Part shown: positions 22,947 to 34,987 of the stretch, one piece after another | How positions within the stretch are numbered: position 1 is the first letter of the stretch | How the letters are laid out: every line of letters starts with the position of its first letter | Assembly (NCBI GenBank): GCA_963786865.1 | Contig: CAWBAV010000006.1 | Span: forward strand, 299,837 to 363,836 | DNA: 64,000 nt | Origin: an uncultured delta proteobacterium | Lineage (GTDB): Bacteria > Myxococcota_A > Polyangia > Polyangiales > Houyiibacteriaceae | Direction: 5' to 3' | Position numbers and translations under genes: made by a program | The notes under the pieces: generated by a model | What the model saw: the letters and a program-made list of their open reading frames with translations, nothing else | Databases searched by the model: none | Told to the model about the DNA's origin: nothing

Positions 22947-24672
22947 CCGCGCCTTGCTCGGTCCGTTGGATCCGGCGCAGCGCGAGGACGCCTTCCACGA
23001 TCATCCAGAGCAGCAAGACGAGAAGAAGCGAGGCGAGGGCGGCGAGTGGGGCGTTTCCTTCTGCGAGGAAGTCTTGCAGCTTTGCGAAGAGCGCGAGGCC
23101 AGCGACCGGCATGACCAGCGCCATGGGGATGACCAGCGGCCATACCGGACGCTTTCGTGCGAGGAAGTAGAGGGCCAGCGTCATCAGGGTGAGCGCGGCT
23201 AGAAGTTGATTGCTTGCGCCAAAGATCGGCCAGAGCACCCATCCGACGGCCTTGGCTTGGCCGGTGCTCGGGTCGGGGGTTTCGGCGATCGCCAAGTACA
23301 TCGCGGGCACGACGGCGATGATCGTGGCGATGTACGGATTGGTGAGCGGCTTGAACCGGATGACTGCTCCGATCTCGCTGAGGATGAAGCGCTGAATGCG
23401 AGCGGCCGTGTCGAGTGAGGTGGCTGCGAAGGCGATCACCAGGACCGCCATCAAGGTGCGCGCGAGCTCCGGAGACAAGCCGACTGCTTCTAGGAACGCG
23501 CCGCCACCGAGTACGAACGCGGCGGCCTTGTTGCCGCCCGCGTGCGCCCAGCTGTCGTAGTAGATCGCCCAGCTGAGATCATCGACCGCGCCTTGGCCCG
23601 GCAAGGCGCAGGCGCCGACCAAGCCGATGCCGGCGACGGCGGCAAGCGTGGCCGCGAGCGCGAGCGACCCTTCACCGAGCATGCCGCCGTATCCGATCAT
23701 GCGGGCGTCCGATAGTCGATCGATTTGCTTCGAGGTCGTTCCGGCTGCGACCAGGCCGTGAAACCCGCTGATCGCGCCGCACGCGATGGTGACGAAGAGA
23801 ATGGGAAAGATCGAAGGCGCCCCAGCTTCTGGGCTACGGTAGATCGGTGCGTCGAACTCCGGGTGAGCGATGAGAACGCCCAGAAAGAGAAGACCCAGAC
23901 CGACGAAAAGCTGATGGCTGTTGATGTAGTCGCGCGGTTGAAGAAGCAGCCAGACCGGCAGAAGACTCGCGATGGCCGAATACACCAAGAGGAAGAAGAT
24001 CCAGCCCGTCGTTGCCGTGTGCTTGTCGACGCCCATCGCGACGAAGTCGATGGGGACTTTGGTACCCACCCAGACGAAGATGTAGAGCACGATGAGGGCG
24101 ATCACCGACGGCCAGAGGATCTTCACGCGGCGCTTGTAGATGAGCCAACCGATCAGGAGGGCCACGATGATCTGGATGTTGATCGGAATGACGCTGGCCG
24201 GCTCACTCACGAAGAGGCCGGCAATCGCCATCGCGAAGACCGCAAGAACGAGCCAAATCAGTACCAGCACGAAGCACATGAACAGAATCCGCGCGCGTCC
24301 GCTCACCGTCTTTGCGGTGATGTCCGCGATCGAACGACCCTTTTCGCGCACGCTCACGACCACCGCGCCGAAGTCGTGCGCGGCGCCCATGAAGATCGTG
24401 CCGAGAACCACCCACGCGAGGGCCGGGCCCCATCCCCAATAGGCCGCCACACAGGGGCCGATGATCGGCGCAGCGCCCGCGACCGAAGTGAAGTGGTGTC
24501 CGAACAGGATGGCCCGTTGCGTTGGCACGAAGTCCAGCCCGTCCTCGAGCTCATGGGCGGGCGTGATCAGGTCCTCTTGGTCCTGGTAGATCCGCTCGCC
24601 GAGGAATCGCGCGTAGAAGCGGTATGCGACCAGGAATGCACCGAGGATCAGAGCTGCGGCCAAGGCTGCCAT
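22939..24672 (-). CDS. cstA: Carbon starvation protein CstA (peptide/pyruvate transporter family)
   Basis: 577-aa polytopic membrane protein. ILFGHHFTSVAGAAPIIGP and FVTIACGAISGFHGLVAAGTTSKQ are CstA hallmarks. Confidence 0.9.
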   Translation of the reverse strand: MAALAAALILGAFLVAYRFYARFLGERIYQDQEDLITPAHELEDGLDFVPTQRAILFGHHFTSVAGAAPIIGPCVAAYWGWGPALAWVVLGTIFMGAAHDFGAVVVSVREKGRSIADITAKTVSGRARILFMCFVLVLIWLVLAVFAMAIAGLFVSEPASVIPINIQIIVALLIGWLIYKRRVKILWPSVIALIVLYIFVWVGTKVPIDFVAMGVDKHTATTGWIFFLLVYSAIASLLPVWLLLQPRDYINSHQLFVGLGLLFLGVLIAHPEFDAPIYRSPEAGAPSIFPILFVTIACGAISGFHGLVAAGTTSKQIDRLSDARMIGYGGMLGEGSLALAATLAAVAGIGLVGACALPGQGAVDDLSWAIYYDSWAHAGGNKAAAFVLGGGAFLEAVGLSPELARTLMAVLVIAFAATSLDTAARIQRFILSEIGAVIRFKPLTNPYIATIIAVVPAMYLAIAETPDPSTGQAKAVGWVLWPIFGASNQLLAALTLMTLALYFLARKRPVWPLVIPMALVMPVAGLALFAKLQDFLAEGNAPLAALASLLLVLLLWMIVEGVLALRRIQRTEQGAVH

Positions 24673-24755
24673 TTGTCGCGTTGGTGGGCTTTTTTCCGAT
24701 TCTGGTCAAGCACAATCCCGCTTTCCTTTGCGAGGAAAAACGCTAAGGTCCGGGC

Positions 24756-25817
24756 ATGAGTGGGACCTTCCGACCCCATGGTCTCTGGACTGCCCTTGCG
24801 ACGCCCTTCTCGGCGGACCAGCAGGTCGACTACGGCGCGCTGCGCCGCTTGATCGAATTTCAAGTGAACGAGGGCGTCGATGGCGTCGTTCCCTGCGGCA
24901 CGACCGGCGAGTCCCCGACGCTTTCGTGGCAAGAACACGACGCGATCGTCACTGCCGCGGTGCGCACGGTCGAAGGTCGAGCCGGCGTGCTCGCTGGCGC
25001 CGGGAGCAACAACACCGAGGAGGCGATTCACGCGACCCGCCAGGCCAAGGAGCTCGGGGCCACGGCTGCTTTGCTCGTGGACTGTTACTACAACGGGCCA
25101 TCGAGCCTCGAGCTGCGAACCGAATACTACGAACGAATCCTTGCGGGCGTTGCGGACATACCGCTCGTTCCTTACGTGATTCCAGGGCGCAGCGGTTGCG
25201 AGCTCTCGGCCGCTGATCTGGCCATCCTGCACCTCAACGACCCGCAGCGAGTGCCCGCGGTGAAGCAAGCGACCGGCGATCTCGATCGCATGCGGATGGA
25301 TCGCACGCTCGCAGGGCCGGGCCTGAGCATCCTCTCTGGTGACGACGAGCTCACGCTCACCATGATGCGCGACGAAGGCATTCGCGCGAGTGGCCTGATC
25401 AGCGTGATGTCGAACATCGCGCCGAGGGCGATTGGTTCGATGGTTCGGGCGCAGGTTGCCGCAGATCTCGATGAGACCGAGCGGCTCGCCCAAGTGCTGG
25501 CCCCGCTCTTCAGGGTGGTGACCTGCTCGGTGACCGCAGTGCGAACGCTTCCAAATGGGCAAGGCGTCGAGGTTACCGACAGGTTCCGGAACCCGGTGCC
25601 GGTGAAGACCATGATGGCGGGGCTTGGAATGCTGCCCTCGGGGAAAAGGCCACCGCTCGGGCGCATGAGCGTCGCGGCCGTCGCGCAATGCAGGGCCGCG
25701 CTCCGCGAAGTGCACGCGGCCGACCCGGGGATTCTGGGCCCGATCGAAAAGGCGTTCGACGTGCGCATCGGTCAATGCCTCGCGGACGATGTGAGGTGGT
25801 CGGCGCTCGCGCGTTGA
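24756..25817 (+). CDS. dapA: 4-hydroxy-tetrahydrodipicolinate synthase family protein (long form)
   Basis: CGTTGES, the YVIPGRSG region (Tyr/Arg) and AVKQATGD (Schiff-base Lys) are all present. At 353 aa it is about 60 aa longer than typical DapA. Confidence 0.7.
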   Translation: MSGTFRPHGLWTALATPFSADQQVDYGALRRLIEFQVNEGVDGVVPCGTTGESPTLSWQEHDAIVTAAVRTVEGRAGVLAGAGSNNTEEAIHATRQAKELGATAALLVDCYYNGPSSLELRTEYYERILAGVADIPLVPYVIPGRSGCELSAADLAILHLNDPQRVPAVKQATGDLDRMRMDRTLAGPGLSILSGDDELTLTMMRDEGIRASGLISVMSNIAPRAIGSMVRAQVAADLDETERLAQVLAPLFRVVTCSVTAVRTLPNGQGVEVTDRFRNPVPVKTMMAGLGMLPSGKRPPLGRMSVAAVAQCRAALREVHAADPGILGPIEKAFDVRIGQCLADDVRWSALAR

Positions 25818-25823
25818 GGGACC

Positions 25824-26867
25824 GTGTACAAGACACTGATTCGCCCGCTCCTGTACCTGCTGCCTGCAGAAACCGCCCATCATCTCGCGATTGCGTGCTT
25901 GCGATTTCTCGGTTGGATTCCTGGAGCGCTCAGGTTGATGCGCCGGGTGTTTCACGGAAGCGACGGGGCGTCGTCCGTAGAGGCACTAGGTCTCCGCTTT
26001 CCGAATCCCATCGGCCTGGCGGCGGGCTTCGACAAGGATGCGATCGCTTACGAGACCCTCGGAGCGATGGGCTTCGGGTTCGTCGAGGTGGGAACGCTCA
26101 CCGGCGAGCCTCAGCCCGGCAATCCGAGGCCTCGTTTGTTTCGACTTCCGAAAGACCGAGCGCTGGTGAATCGAATGGGCTTCAACAACGAAGGTTCTGC
26201 GAGCGCGGTGGCTCGACTTCAGCGGCCGCACGAGACGATTGTCGGCGTGAACATCGGCAAGACGAAACGCGTCGCCGAAGACGAGGCGATCGAAGACTAC
26301 GTCGCGAGCGCGAAGCGGGTGGGGCCGTACGCCGACTACCTGGCGGTGAACGTGAGCTCGCCCAACACGCCCGGCCTTCGCAACCTTCAGGCTACCGAGA
26401 GGCTACGCCCGCTCCTCGGCGCGGTTCGTGAAGCACTTAATGAAGTATCTCCCGGACGCCGGGTGCCACTGCTCGTCAAGATCGCCCCGGACTTGGCGGA
26501 CGGAGACGTAGACGCGGTGGCCGACCTCGCAATCGCGCTCGGTCTCGATGGGATCATCGCCACCAACACGACGGTTTCGAGAGACGGTCTCGTGAGCAAT
26601 GCCAATGACGTCGAGCGCTGCGGGGCTGGCGGCCTCAGTGGTCCAGCGCTGCGGGAACGCTCCCTCGAAGTGCTGCAAAGACTCCGCTCTAGAGTGGGTG
26701 ACCGGCTGGTATTGATCTCAGTCGGCGGAATCGAATCCGTGGAAGACGCCCGGGAGCGCCTCGAATCCGGCGCCACGCTCGTCCAAATCTACACCGCACT
26801 GGTCTACGAGGGCCCGTTCTTTCCGAAGCGACTAGCCATGGGTGTTGCCGATCTCGCTAGACGTTGA
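25824..26867 (+). CDS. pyrD: Dihydroorotate dehydrogenase (quinone), class 2
   Basis: GTG start. Observed motifs: [67 protein letters not shown]. Confidence 0.93.
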   Translation: MYKTLIRPLLYLLPAETAHHLAIACLRFLGWIPGALRLMRRVFHGSDGASSVEALGLRFPNPIGLAAGFDKDAIAYETLGAMGFGFVEVGTLTGEPQPGNPRPRLFRLPKDRALVNRMGFNNEGSASAVARLQRPHETIVGVNIGKTKRVAEDEAIEDYVASAKRVGPYADYLAVNVSSPNTPGLRNLQATERLRPLLGAVREALNEVSPGRRVPLLVKIAPDLADGDVDAVADLAIALGLDGIIATNTTVSRDGLVSNANDVERCGAGGLSGPALRERSLEVLQRLRSRVGDRLVLISVGGIESVEDARERLESGATLVQIYTALVYEGPFFPKRLAMGVADLARR

Positions 26868-26878
26868 GCGCGCCTCCG

Positions 26879-28141
26879 CTATTCGCCGGCGTCGACGACG
26901 GCGGCAGCGATCGCATCCGACCAGACGTTGACCGTCGTGCGGCACATGTCGAGGATGCGGTCGACCGCGAGAATCAGTGCGACGGCGCTGGTCGGTAACC
27001 CTACCGCGTTGAGGACCACGACCATCATGACCATGCCTGCGTGCGGGATGCCCGCTGCGCCGATGCTGGCGAGCAAAGCCGTGAACGCGACGAGGGCTTG
27101 CTGGGTGAAGCTGAGGTCGATGCCGTAGACCTGGGCGATGAAAAGGACCGCCACGGCTTCGTAGAGCGCCGTGCCGTCCATGTTGATCGTCGCGCCGAGA
27201 GGAAGCACGAAGGAGGCGACCTGAGGCCTGACGCCTGCCCGTTCGACGTTCTCCATCGTGAGGGGAAGGGTGCCGTTGCTCGAAGCGGTGCTGAAGGCGG
27301 TTACCAGCGCGGTAGTGAGTGTGCGCGCGTACGCGATCGGCGAGCGGCCGGTGCGAACCTTGAGGATCAGCGGCAGCGTGATCGCGGCGTGAATGACGAG
27401 ACCGATGAAGACGGTGAGCACGTACCAGCCGAGGACCTGAAACGCCGCAGGCCCCTTGCCGGCTGCGGCATAGAGCGTGAAGCCAAAGACCCCGATCGGT
27501 GCGAACTTCACGACGGCGAGGGTCATCTGCATCATCACGTCGAATAGGCCCGAGAAAAATCGTCGCACGACGCTTGCGTCCTTCGAGCCTTCGCGGTGCT
27601 CGGCCATGCTGATGAAGACGCCGATCAGAAGTGCGAAGAAGATCACCGGCAACATATCGCCTTCGGTTGCCGCGGCGAGAGGGTTCTTCGGGATCAAACC
27701 CTCGAGTTGTTCCCAGAGGACCAGACCGATCCCTTTCGGTTCCTCAGCCAGAAGCGCTCCGGTCGCCGCGCCTTCTTCCAGAAGGGCGAGCTCGGCCCCA
27801 TCGCCGGGTCGGATGATGTTCACCATCACCATGCCGGTCACGATCGCAATGAAGCTGGTCGAAAGATAGAACCCGATCGCGCGTCCGCCGATGGAGCCGA
27901 GGGTCCGAAGGTCGCCCATCCCGGTCACGCCGGTGATCAGCGATGAGATGATCAGAGGAACGACCAGCATCTGCAGAAGCCGAAGAAAGAGGTCTCCGAT
28001 CGCCTTCCCGACCATGGCCACATTCCCGATGATGCTCGCGTCGACCATACCTTGGCCGCCTGCCCAGTTGAGCGTGAGCCCGAGGGCGGCGCCTAGACTC
28101 ATGGCGATCAGGATCCAATGATGGAGTTGCAGTCGTTTCAC
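26879..28141 (-). CDS. Dicarboxylate/amino acid:cation symporter (DAACS/GltP family)
   Basis: 420 aa. SSNGTLP, ATINMDGTALYEAVA and DRILDMCRTTVNVWSDA are family motifs. Confidence 0.88.
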   Translation of the reverse strand: MKRLQLHHWILIAMSLGAALGLTLNWAGGQGMVDASIIGNVAMVGKAIGDLFLRLLQMLVVPLIISSLITGVTGMGDLRTLGSIGGRAIGFYLSTSFIAIVTGMVMVNIIRPGDGAELALLEEGAATGALLAEEPKGIGLVLWEQLEGLIPKNPLAAATEGDMLPVIFFALLIGVFISMAEHREGSKDASVVRRFFSGLFDVMMQMTLAVVKFAPIGVFGFTLYAAAGKGPAAFQVLGWYVLTVFIGLVIHAAITLPLILKVRTGRSPIAYARTLTTALVTAFSTASSNGTLPLTMENVERAGVRPQVASFVLPLGATINMDGTALYEAVAVLFIAQVYGIDLSFTQQALVAFTALLASIGAAGIPHAGMVMMVVVLNAVGLPTSAVALILAVDRILDMCRTTVNVWSDAIAAAVVDAGE

Positions 28142-28186
28142 GGGCGCGCATTATGCGGACGCCTAGGTTCGATGTAAAACCAAGCC

Positions 28187-29347
28187 ATGACCGACGAGAA
28201 TCCAGACAAAGGGCCGCTTTCGGAGCTCAGGGGAGCGCTCGATGCCCTCGACCACGAGCTCCTGGCGCTCCTGGTCCGCCGGATGGACATCGTGGCGGAG
28301 ATCGCGGCTCGGAAGCGATCGCACCGCGTTCGGATTCGGGACCTCGCCCGGGAACGCCGCGTCCTCGAGGATCGCTGCGCCCGCGCCCAGGAGCTCGGCC
28401 TGCCGACCGGGGGTATCGAATCGGTCTGGCGTCAGTTGATGTTGATGAGCCGGGAGCGCCAGGCCGCGCTTCGAGCCGAGGTGCCGCTCGACGTGGAATC
28501 GAAGACCATCGCGATCATCGGAGGTGAAGGTGGGATGGGGCGCTCGCTCAACACTCTGTTCTCCGATCTCGGTCATGAGGTGCTGAGCGCCGACCTCGAG
28601 ACCCCGCTTCGACCCGAAGATGTCGCGGCAACCGCCGACGTGGTGATCATCAGCGTGCCAATTCGCGAGACACGATCGGTCATCGAACGACTCGGACCCT
28701 CGGTTCGGAAGGATGCGCTCTTGATGGACGTGACTTCGATCAAGACCGAGCCCATGAACGCCATGTTGGCTTCCACCGAGGCAAGCGTGCTCGGCACCCA
28801 TCCGATGTTCGGTCCCGGGGTCAATACGTATCAAGGTCAGCGCGTGGTGATCTGCCCGGGGCGCGGCGATGCTTGGCTCGACTGGGCTCGACAGATGTTT
28901 ACGGCGCGCGGATTGGTCATCACGGAAACGACTCCTTCGGAACACGATTCCATGATGGCCATCGTCCAGGTACTCCACCATTTCAAGACCCAGGTCCTCG
29001 GCCTGGCGCTCAGCCGCGCTGGCTCACCCCTCGAGGAGACCCTTCGTTTCACCTCGCCGGCCTACCTGCTCGAGGCCTACGTTACCGGCCGTCACTTCGC
29101 GCAGTCCCCTGATCTCTACGGGCCGATCGAGATGCTCAATCCGGACTCCGAGCGCGTGATCAAGGGGTTTCAAGAGGCCGCCGCGTATCTCGCCTCGGTC
29201 CTTGCGAAAGGCGATCAGAAGGCCTTCGACCAGGTCTTCGACGAGGTGCGCGAATTCTTCGGGGACTTCACGGATGAAGCCCTCGAGCAGAGCGGGTTTC
29301 TCATCGACCGCCTGGTCGAGCTCAGCGCGGGCCGCTCCTCGACCTAG
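28187..29347 (+). CDS. tyrA: Bifunctional chorismate mutase / prephenate dehydrogenase
   Basis: The N-terminal AroQ chorismate mutase helix pattern is LSELRGALDALDHELLALLVRRMDIVAEIA. It is followed by IAIIGGEGGMGRSL (Rossmann fold) and HPMFGP. Confidence 0.85.
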   Translation: MTDENPDKGPLSELRGALDALDHELLALLVRRMDIVAEIAARKRSHRVRIRDLARERRVLEDRCARAQELGLPTGGIESVWRQLMLMSRERQAALRAEVPLDVESKTIAIIGGEGGMGRSLNTLFSDLGHEVLSADLETPLRPEDVAATADVVIISVPIRETRSVIERLGPSVRKDALLMDVTSIKTEPMNAMLASTEASVLGTHPMFGPGVNTYQGQRVVICPGRGDAWLDWARQMFTARGLVITETTPSEHDSMMAIVQVLHHFKTQVLGLALSRAGSPLEETLRFTSPAYLLEAYVTGRHFAQSPDLYGPIEMLNPDSERVIKGFQEAAAYLASVLAKGDQKAFDQVFDEVREFFGDFTDEALEQSGFLIDRLVELSAGRSST

Positions 29348-29388
29348 GCTCGATTGACGCTCGTCGCCGCATCTGCGATGCCATCTCC

Positions 29389-30195
29389 ATGGTGCAGGTT
29401 GCGATTCACGGGGCCGCGGGTCGGATGGGGCAGAGCATCGCCGCCGTCTTGAACGAAGACCGCGAAGCCAATCTCGTTGCCGCGATGGATCACGAAGGAT
29501 GCGGGATCCTCGGCAAGGACATGGGCTCGCTCCTCGGCGCGGCGCCCAGCGGCGTCAAAATCACTTCCGATGTCGAGGAGTTCCTCGGTAACGTCGAGGT
29601 GGTGATCGATTTCAGCATCCCGTCCGCGACGGCAAAGTTGCTTCCGATCTGCGCGGGGCAGCACATCCCGATGGTGATCGGGACTACCGGGCTCGATGCG
29701 GCGACTCGCGCAGCCCTGGAGCGGGCCGCTGAACGAGTGCCGATCGTGTTCGCCCCCAACTACAGTCAGGGCGTCAATGCTCTCTACTTCCTCGCGGCAC
29801 GCGCGACCGAGCTCCTCGGTCCGGGCTTCGATGCGGAGATCGTCGAGATTCATCATCGCCACAAGATCGATGCCCCGAGCGGCACTGCGGTGCGTCTCGG
29901 CGAGGTCGTCGCGAGGGCCAAGGGGCTCGATCCTGAACGGGCGGTGAGTCACGGGCGAAGTGGTCAGGTGGGAGCGAGACCCCTCGAAGAGATCGGTGTC
30001 ATGGCTCTTCGTGGCGGCGATGCGGTCGGCGAGCACACCCTCTACCTCGTCGGAGAAGGGGAGCGCATCGAGCTCACCCATCGCGCAACGAACCGTTCGA
30101 TCTTCGCCAGGGGTGCCGTGCGCGCTGCTCGCTGGGTCGTGACCCGGCCCGCTGGGCTCTACGACATGGCAGACGTCATGGGGATTCCCCGCTAG
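29389..30195 (+). CDS. dapB: 4-hydroxy-tetrahydrodipicolinate reductase
   Basis: Observed motifs: MVQVAIHGAAGRMG, IGTTGL, APNYSQGVN, EIHHRHKIDAPSGTA. Confidence 0.93.
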   Translation: MVQVAIHGAAGRMGQSIAAVLNEDREANLVAAMDHEGCGILGKDMGSLLGAAPSGVKITSDVEEFLGNVEVVIDFSIPSATAKLLPICAGQHIPMVIGTTGLDAATRAALERAAERVPIVFAPNYSQGVNALYFLAARATELLGPGFDAEIVEIHHRHKIDAPSGTAVRLGEVVARAKGLDPERAVSHGRSGQVGARPLEEIGVMALRGGDAVGEHTLYLVGEGERIELTHRATNRSIFARGAVRAARWVVTRPAGLYDMADVMGIPR

Positions 30196-30257
30196 TGCCG
30201 AGCGCTAAGCAAGCACGAAGCCAGGTCTTGCGAATTCTGATACGGTAGGGGCGCATC

Positions 30258-30860
30258 ATGGATTGTCCTCAATGTGGAGCCCTAGTTCCCTCCGACGACT
30301 TGTTCTGCGGCAAGTGCGGGTACGCGATGCGCGATCACGGGCCAGAGCGACTGGACCAGTCGAGAATTCGCATGCACGAGGAGCCCGAACGGCCGGCTGG
30401 AGATTCGCAGAGCCGCTCCTCGTCGCAGCAACGCGTTCGTAAGCACACCGTGCTCGGAATGCCCTCGGCCACGCCGCCGCATGGGACTCGTCCTCCGGCG
30501 CCGGCACCGGTGGTCCCGTCCCCGCCGACTTCGATCGCATCGGCACGTGCCGGTGGATCGCGAACGAGAACGCCTCAGAAGACCATGCTCGGCATCCCGC
30601 GCCACGAGATCCCCGATCGCCCGAGCGCTCCCCCGTCAGCCGAGTCGGCGGTCGAAGAAGCCACCGTTACGGTCGAAGAGAGCGCGCCGAGTGACACGAC
30701 CACGCCGAGTCATCGCGCACGGGCTCGCGTCCGTTACGACAGCGCCAACGAGCCGTTTCCCGCCACCCAGCTCAGAAAGAAGGCCATCTTCGGTCTCGCA
30801 ATCCTGGTTCTCTTTGCCTCAGCGTGGATCGGCTACCGCTATCTGACCTTGAATGGCTAG
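30258..30860 (+). CDS. Zinc-ribbon protein with a Pro-rich linker and a C-terminal TM anchor
   Basis: MDCPQCGALVPSDDLFCGKCG (CxxC...CxxC), a long disordered P/S/R-rich region, and a C-terminal AIFGLAILVLFASAWIGY helix. Confidence 0.6.
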   Translation: MDCPQCGALVPSDDLFCGKCGYAMRDHGPERLDQSRIRMHEEPERPAGDSQSRSSSQQRVRKHTVLGMPSATPPHGTRPPAPAPVVPSPPTSIASARAGGSRTRTPQKTMLGIPRHEIPDRPSAPPSAESAVEEATVTVEESAPSDTTTPSHRARARVRYDSANEPFPATQLRKKAIFGLAILVLFASAWIGYRYLTLNG

Positions 30861-32697
30861 CACGGCGCCAGGCAGCCAGTCGCGATGTCATGCGTGCGGG
30901 GAGGGCAACCCTCACGAGTCGAAGTTCTGCGGCAGATGCGGAACGCCGATCGTCTCTTCGCTGCCCAAGCCGGGTGACATCATCGCGGAGCGCTACCGGG
31001 TCATCGCACCGATCGGGCGAGGCGCCATGGGGACGGTGTATCGCGCCGAGCACGTTCAGATCAGCAAGGTGGTGGCGATCAAGCTGCTTCACGAAGAGCT
31101 CCAGCAAGAACAAGAGAACGTTGCGCGCTTTCACCGAGAAGCCGAGTCGGCCTCCCGCCTCAACCATCCAAACACGGTTCACGTATTCGACTTCGGGCGC
31201 ACCAAGTCGGGCGCGCTCTACCTCGTGATGGAGTACGTCGAAGGCGTCGATCTGGCCAAGATCATCGAGAAGGAAGGGCCCATGGCGTTTGGGCGAGTCG
31301 CGTTCCTCCTCGCTCAGGTCGCGGGGTCGGTCGCCGACGCCCACGCCGCAGGTATCGTTCATCGCGATCTCAAGCCCGAAAACATCGTCGTCGCGGAAGG
31401 TCGTGACGGGGAGACCGCGAAGGTATTGGATTTCGGACTCGCCAAGCTCTTCGCAGGGACGGTCGAAGCTCAGGTGACCAGCAGCGGCACGATCGTCGGC
31501 ACGCCGTTCTACATGTCCCCCGAACAGATTCAGGGCCAAGATCTCGATGGGCGAAGTGACGTCTACGCGATGGGCGCGATCATGTATGAATGCGTCGTCG
31601 GAAGACCACCGTTCGAGGCGCCCAATCCGGTCGGAGTTCTGTCGAAGCACCTCTCCGAGGAGCCACTGCGTCCGTCGGCGCGGTCACCAATCTCCGTTCC
31701 GGCGGAAGCCGATGAGATCGTCATGCGCTGTCTCGCCAAGGACCGGAACGAACGCTATCAGACGGCAGAGGATCTCAGGCAGGAACTGATCGAGTACCTC
31801 GGCAACCTCGGCACGGTGGACTCGGCTCCGAAACCAAAGCGAAGGCTTTGGAGGAGTGTCTTAATCCTGATTCTCCTCGGCGGAGCCGTCGCCGCCTGGC
31901 AGCTCGCGATTCGCGGACCCTCGGAGCGGGAGCCGAATCACCGCGCAAAGAATGCGACTCCGCTGCTCGAGAACACCGAGATGAAAGCCTACCTAGGTCA
32001 GCGTCTCAGCGAGACTTCGGGCGACGTCGACTCGTTCGAGATCGAGCACTCTGGGCCCGAGCGTCGTGCCGCAGAGATCGACGTCAGCTCGATTCCCAAC
32101 ATGGACGTTCTGATCGAGCTCCTGAAGCCGGATCAAGAACAGCCGATCATCGTCGGCGACTCGAGAGGGCTCGGGCAGGGGGAGCGCCTGCCGAACGTGC
32201 CCCTCGAGCCCGGGCGATACCTGGTTCGCGTGCGCGAGCACGCGGTCGACGGGACCCTGCCTACCGAGAACGTTTCCGACGCGTATTTCGTTCGTTGGCG
32301 CCTTCTCGATCCGGACGAAAGCTTCGAACACGAGCCGAACGATTCCCTCGAGCTCGCCGAGTCAATTGCGCTCGGCGCGGAAAGCCGCGGCTGGATTGGA
32401 TGGTCGGGCGACGTCGACACTTTTTGCCTGAGCGAAGAAGCCGAGCGGGTGGTCGCGCAGGTGAGCGCGCTCGGAGAGGTCGATCTCGTCCTTCGTGTCG
32501 TCGATCAGCGCAGCGATCGCAGCGGAAAGTACGACGACAAGGGTGTGGGTCGCGGTGAAACCAGCAAGAGCTGGCGCAGCGCGGAGCCGCAGACGCTGTG
32601 TGTCGAGGTTTCGGCGGACCCACGCGACGAAAACGGTCGCCCTGCACAGCCCGACGCAACCTATGGAGTGCGATTCATCACAGCCCCTGGACTCTAG
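30853..32697 (+). CDS. Ser/Thr protein kinase with an N-terminal zinc ribbon, a TM helix and PPC-like extracytoplasmic domains
   Basis: CHACG...CGRCG is followed by kinase subdomains (IGRGAMGTVY, VAIKLL, HRDLKPENI, DFGLAK, GTPFYMSPE). The TM helix is VLILILLGGAVAAWQL. It is followed by HEPNDSLELAE...GDVDTFCL (pre-peptidase C-terminal-like). The gene overlaps the upstream gene by 8 nt. Confidence 0.9.
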   Translation: MASTAPGSQSRCHACGEGNPHESKFCGRCGTPIVSSLPKPGDIIAERYRVIAPIGRGAMGTVYRAEHVQISKVVAIKLLHEELQQEQENVARFHREAESASRLNHPNTVHVFDFGRTKSGALYLVMEYVEGVDLAKIIEKEGPMAFGRVAFLLAQVAGSVADAHAAGIVHRDLKPENIVVAEGRDGETAKVLDFGLAKLFAGTVEAQVTSSGTIVGTPFYMSPEQIQGQDLDGRSDVYAMGAIMYECVVGRPPFEAPNPVGVLSKHLSEEPLRPSARSPISVPAEADEIVMRCLAKDRNERYQTAEDLRQELIEYLGNLGTVDSAPKPKRRLWRSVLILILLGGAVAAWQLAIRGPSEREPNHRAKNATPLLENTEMKAYLGQRLSETSGDVDSFEIEHSGPERRAAEIDVSSIPNMDVLIELLKPDQEQPIIVGDSRGLGQGERLPNVPLEPGRYLVRVREHAVDGTLPTENVSDAYFVRWRLLDPDESFEHEPNDSLELAESIALGAESRGWIGWSGDVDTFCLSEEAERVVAQVSALGEVDLVLRVVDQRSDRSGKYDDKGVGRGETSKSWRSAEPQTLCVEVSADPRDENGRPAQPDATYGVRFITAPGL

Positions 32698-32699
32698 GA

Positions 32700-34885
<2,186 letters not shown>

Positions 34886-34987
34886 ATTGGAACGCGCCAG
34901 CCCGAGCGCAGCTCATCGATTGACGACATTCTTGCTGCGGGGTATGGGCCGAACTTCTGCGTCGACTTCGCGGGAGAAGGTAGAGGC

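Noticed and set aside
23725-25955. Long ORFs 23725..24759 (+) and 24648..25955 (-) opposite cstA and dapA
   Set aside because: Both are antisense to well-supported genes and have extreme Arg/His/Asp/Glu composition.
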